From Paramecium tetraurelia (lineage: Eukaryota), in assembly GCA_000165425.1 (NCBI GenBank), contig CT868307.1, forward strand, positions 372,001-436,000: 64,000 nt of DNA, written 5' to 3'. The notes beneath the pieces were generated by a model. That model did no database searches, was not told the origin of the DNA, and saw only the letters and a list, made by a program, of their open reading frames with translations. Shown here piece by piece: positions 59,325 to 64,000 of this stretch. The stretch's first letter is position 1. Each line of letters opens with the position of its first letter. Both the position numbers and the translations under genes were made by a program.

Positions 59325-60570
59325 ATGGACTAAACTCCAACAAGTATCAATACTTTTACAACAACCGACAAGGAATTGGAAAATAACTTGAAGGATTTGC
59401 TGGAGAGGATTCTAGTGTATGTGGAGAAATACATCGAAACGAAGGAGGAGTTAAATTAAATTGAAAATGAGTTGAAAGACTACGAAAGTTTGTCATACTT
59501 GGTTGGTATTATAAAAGTAATATTTACTAAACTAATGCTGAAAATAGAAAAGAAACTGTTGTAAGTAAAAAATTATTATTCAAAATCCAAAGGAAATTGG
59601 ATAAATGCAACGATTTGAATAAGTCTTATTTGTTAAAGGATGATGAAGAATATGACAAATTAGAATAAAATCTAATTAAATATGAGCAAGAAATTCGCAA
59701 CCACATTAGCGTAATGATTTTTAAAATAAATTTAGGTTGAGTAACAATTAAAATTATATGCAGAATCGATACAAAGCAAATTGGATGAGAGCGAACAAAT
59801 CAGATAAGAATTATTGGAAACCACTAAAAATAATATAAGCGTAAATGCATTTTATTTGATTATGATAGAAATTGAAAAGAGAAAATTAAGAATTGAATGA
59901 AAAAGAGTAATAGTTGTAATAGGAAGTAATGAATTTAAAGTAAACCATATCAAATTTAGAGAAAGAAAACAAAAGAAAATCAATAGACTCCAACTAAAGA
60001 GACTATTTATAAGCCTTAATCAATAAGCAATCAAATTAATCATCATCAAACTAATAAAAAAATGGCTCCAATCAAAAGTTTACCCAGGATTAAAGGTAAT
60101 TGAATTCCCATTCTGAACACAAATCAAATCCTAAGTAATTTTTAAAGGAATAGCAAGAGCTGATTATACCCACATAATCATCCCAAAAATTGAATTATTA
60201 TAGTATTATCACTAATTCAAATAACAAACAGAAATCTGAAGTGATTAAATCAATGCAACAAAAAGATTTCAACAATATTTACAGTTAGATAATGAGGACC
60301 AAACACAATTCACTATCATCTATCAATGATCTTATTCAGAATGCCTCATAATAAGACAAAAAGCGATAGGATTAATTTTAATCCATTTCAAAGAATAGTT
60401 CCTAGAATAATAGTATGATTTAGAAGAATAGAGGTAACAGTGTTTAATGATAATTATAAGAATTCAAACAAATCGAACCAATAGAATTACAATAGAGAAG
60501 TAAGAGTTCCAAACGGGCAGAAGACATCATAAAATTTTAAACTTTAGAATCATTAATAAAATTAAAGTGA
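59325..60570 (+). CDS. Hypothetical coiled-coil protein
   Basis: MDQTPTSINTFTTTDKE...EYDKLEQNLIKYEQEIRNHIS|VEQQLKLYAESIQSKL, with several short introns. Ends LIKLK-TGA. Confidence 0.8.
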
Positions 60571-60653
60571 TTTATTTAATTTTGCATAATATCATTAAGA
60601 TTAAACACAAAGTAATTAATAAAAATCGTTTTTCTTGATTTTTAATATTTAAT

Positions 60654-61758
60654 ATGCTATATTTAATAGTAATATTGTGCGTTGCTCATTCTTCGGCTTA
60701 ATTTGGATCTGAATACTATTCGGAATGGTAATCAGGAGTAGATCGAACAATCAATAAATAATAAGAGTTTACAAACCCTTCCTTTCCCATTAGGTAATAT
60801 ACCTAAATAGTGTTCCCAAGAAGATTTAGTGCGTATATGATAAAATCATAGTAGTCGCCCATAAGTCTTATTAATGCATGAGGAGATTTAATGGAGTAAA
60901 GGGAAAAATATTAATTACTAAACATTTGTATCAGACATAACAATAAATGGGTTTTACATAAACTACGTAATTTGGGGACCTGCGATAGTACCAATACTGA
61001 CAGTTAGGTGGATTGCAGTTGTGGATGAAGAGGCTGAAATTTAATATGTGCAATATTCATATGAGGATTTGTATCAACTTAGACAAGGTTTTGGGTAAAG
61101 AGCTTAAGACTTTGTGATTTCATATTACCCGAAGTACCCAGCCCCAAAAGTGACAGCATTTATTGTCGGTGGAGACTTTGAAATTATAGATTCATTGTAC
61201 ACAAGCATATAGATTGTGTTGGGAATCCCAACTACTTCCAGTATGGATGTAAGGTTTTCCACCAGAGATTTCTGTCATGTGAGATCTTTGACGGTCGCCT
61301 ATTTCATCTCAAATAATTATTTAACACTGGCTGGGTCTGTTGGAGCATATCACAACTATTTCAATCAATATCTTGATAATTCTAATAAGATAGCTGTCAG
61401 AGCTTAAAAATTCACAAGAATAGTACCATCTATATATACATTGGAACCAGGAAACAATATTCTAGCCCAAGGAATCAGTGGATTTGATGTTAATACTCAA
61501 GTCGGTTCAGCTTATCTAAGAGTAACCTGTGAGCCTATGATATCTTATTCATCAACCTATACATTAATATATGGAACTAGTAAGAATGATATTAATAAAA
61601 GGGGGTGAAACTTTGCTATCTTTTATGTAGGCTAGTTATGTCCTACATCCACCAGGTTCTCCGTATCACTATTATTATAAAAACTATGATTGGGTTGTTC
61701 TTAAAGGGGATTAAGTGGTTCTAAAGGAGAAGGTTTAAGTAGAGAAAAAGATTAGTGA
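60654..61758 (+). CDS. Secreted beta-rich protein, possibly H-type-lectin-like
   Basis: Signal peptide MLYLIVILCVAHSSA, followed by segments IVFPRRFS|SRPQVLL, PKVTAFIVGGDF and NILAQGISGFDV. Exon structure and 3' end are approximate. Confidence 0.6.
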
Positions 61759-61809
61759 ATTAGATATTAAATGATTAATTTAAGTTATTTCTACATATAA
61801 ATTATAAAA

Positions 61810-64000
61810 TCAAGAATTTGCTTAGATTTATACTGCAATTTGTGCACCTTGTACATTCTCTTGTTGTTGTTATTGTTGGGAATCCTAAACTGCAAAATTA
61901 TTGAAAATTTATTCGATGGATGCTTATTTGATGGAGTATTGGGAAATTCTGTATTGTTTTTTCTAAAATAATTAATTAAATAATTTACATTATGTTCAAA
62001 TCCTTCAAAGAGTTTGCCCACAGTGATTTAACCAAGGAGTCTGAATCTATAAAATGTCTGGAAATGTTCAATAATTTCAAATTATCCTAAATTTTACTCA
62101 ATGAATTTCTTCAAAAGATCTCCCATCTACTCAACAATAACATATTCAGCTAGAGTTTCAACAGCTAATCCATTAGGTTTTCTAATATCATTATAAATGT
62201 GTGATCCTGATCCTTTCATTGTGATTTCTTATTCTAAATGATTTTAGTTGATTTTCCTCAATATATCAACAGTAGTGTGTTAATCCAATCTAGAGTTGCT
62301 TTACAATCCCATCTTTTGGATTAAATCTTGAATCTCAGATTTTTATGGTTTTTCCAATTTAACTTCGATTTCATAACCTTTACCAAATTTATTTTTGATA
62401 TGTTAGACAGATCCAAGACATCTGAGATTACCACTAACTTGGATAGCAATCTTAGTTGATAATGCCTCTGCTTCTTCCATTGAATGAGTAGTCAATATGA
62501 TAGTGCTTTATTTTCTTTGAGTTGCAATTCTTGAAATAACATTCCACATGAATCTTCTTGCCTCTGGATCCATACCAGTAGAAGGTTCATCCAAAAAGAC
62601 AATTGGAGGATTTCCTATCATAGCAATTGCAACTGATAATTTTCTTTTATTTCCTCCTGAAAGTTAACCTGATTGAATATTCTCAAATCTCTTCAAATCC
62701 ATCTCATTTAACTTCTTCTCAACCAATTCCTCTTTCTTATAATATGGTATTCCTTTGATATCTGAGAATAGTTCAATATGTTCTCTGACAGTAAGATTTT
62801 CTAAAAGACCATCAAATTATGGACAATATCCGATATTAACTCTTGCAGCTTCTAATTCATTAATGACACTCTTGCCTGCTATGAATGCTTCTCCACTAGT
62901 GGGTTTCAACTCTCCTGATAATATCTTAAATGTGGTAGTTTTTCCAGCTCCATTGACTCCCAATAAACCAAAGACCTCTCCTTAATCAATAGCAAAACTG
63001 ACTTAATCGACTGCCACTTTATGTTTGCCTTCACCCAACATAAACACTTTTCTCAGATCTTTAACAAGAATGGCTTTCTCTTCAGGCTTAAATGTTTCAC
63101 ATAATTGTTTTTCTTTAGCAACATCATCATCAATAGGTTTGGGAATGTAAGGGATACTGGCTTCACTTGATCCGAGTTTCTACAATTATCCATTATCTTC
63201 AAAGTATTCAACAATGAAGATACAAACTAAATAAAATGCACCCATTATTGCAAGCATTAATACATCTCCACCACTTACTGCCATATCGTAAGTACTCTTC
63301 ATTTCTGTCCATCCCTCCATAACCATGTATGTGTCCTTAGAACATGCATTTAATATTCCATATGCAAATGAAAATGATGGAATCAATCTGAAAATCCATT
63401 ATAAGGCAGTGGCTGCATCTCTTGTAGAGGAGATCAATCTTAGGATATAAATTATCAAACTGATGATTGATCCAACTAATAAGTGAATGAAAAAGCTTAG
63501 TAACATTGCATTTCCTTATTGTCTAAAGGCAAAACTAAAGAAATAGCAAAAAGGGATAATTGCCCAACCATATAAAAAGAAGATCACCCATGAAAATCCA
63601 TAATTCTCTCCTTCTATCAATGCAGATATATCAAATGCTAAAATCAGAAGACAACAGACAACTGCTGGAATCACATGCTTTCCTAAATCCATCAGCCAAT
63701 TACTAAACCAATATGCTTTTACTGAAACTCCAGATACTAATTATTGATGTTTGATGTTAATTTCTCTTTCCTTAACAATATATGATATCAAAGATGCAGG
63801 AATGAATGCCATACCCATAGAAAAGACTAGGGCTGATAAGAATCCAGCTATTGTTTTTGATCCATTCAACTCTTCATAAGTCTTTCTGAAAGGAGCATTG
63901 GTAACTTTGATCTAAAAATCATTGTTATTGGTAGCTTTTCTCAAGATTGCTTAATTCATTTGGTTTTGTAAGACTAGTGGAGCCTCCCTGAAGACTGTAT
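61810..64000 (-). CDS. ABCA-family transporter, C-terminal half (5' part beyond the right edge)
   Basis: [91 protein letters not shown] and ASIEQIFNNFA. Confidence 0.95.

Overview
This is AT-rich, gene-dense eukaryotic DNA from a ciliate macronuclear genome, very likely Paramecium. TAA and TAG encode Gln and only TGA stops. Introns are tiny (about 21-30 nt, GT..AG) and intergenic gaps are often under 70 nt. The supplied standard-code ORF track is therefore fragmentary and partly artefactual, so I re-translated genes by eye with the ciliate code; boundaries are manual and some are approximate. About 26 protein genes are visible: three large TmcB/PAS-type membrane proteins, a YTH protein, an ODAD1/CCDC114-like coiled coil, an NDR kinase, a degenerate PRMT1-like protein, an acyl-CoA synthetase ending in SRL, ABCC and ABCA transporters, Myb-like and HSF factors, a PHD+SP-RING SUMO ligase, a double polycystin channel, sphingosine-1-phosphate lyase and several hypotheticals. 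There is also a tRNA with anticodon UUA (the 'stop'-reading tRNA-Gln) and one or two apparently decayed gene regions. I see no mobile element, CRISPR array, telomere or rRNA, and no convincing multi-gene novel system. The best leads are single genes: the pseudo-PRMT, the tandem polycystin and the YTH protein with a prion-like tail.
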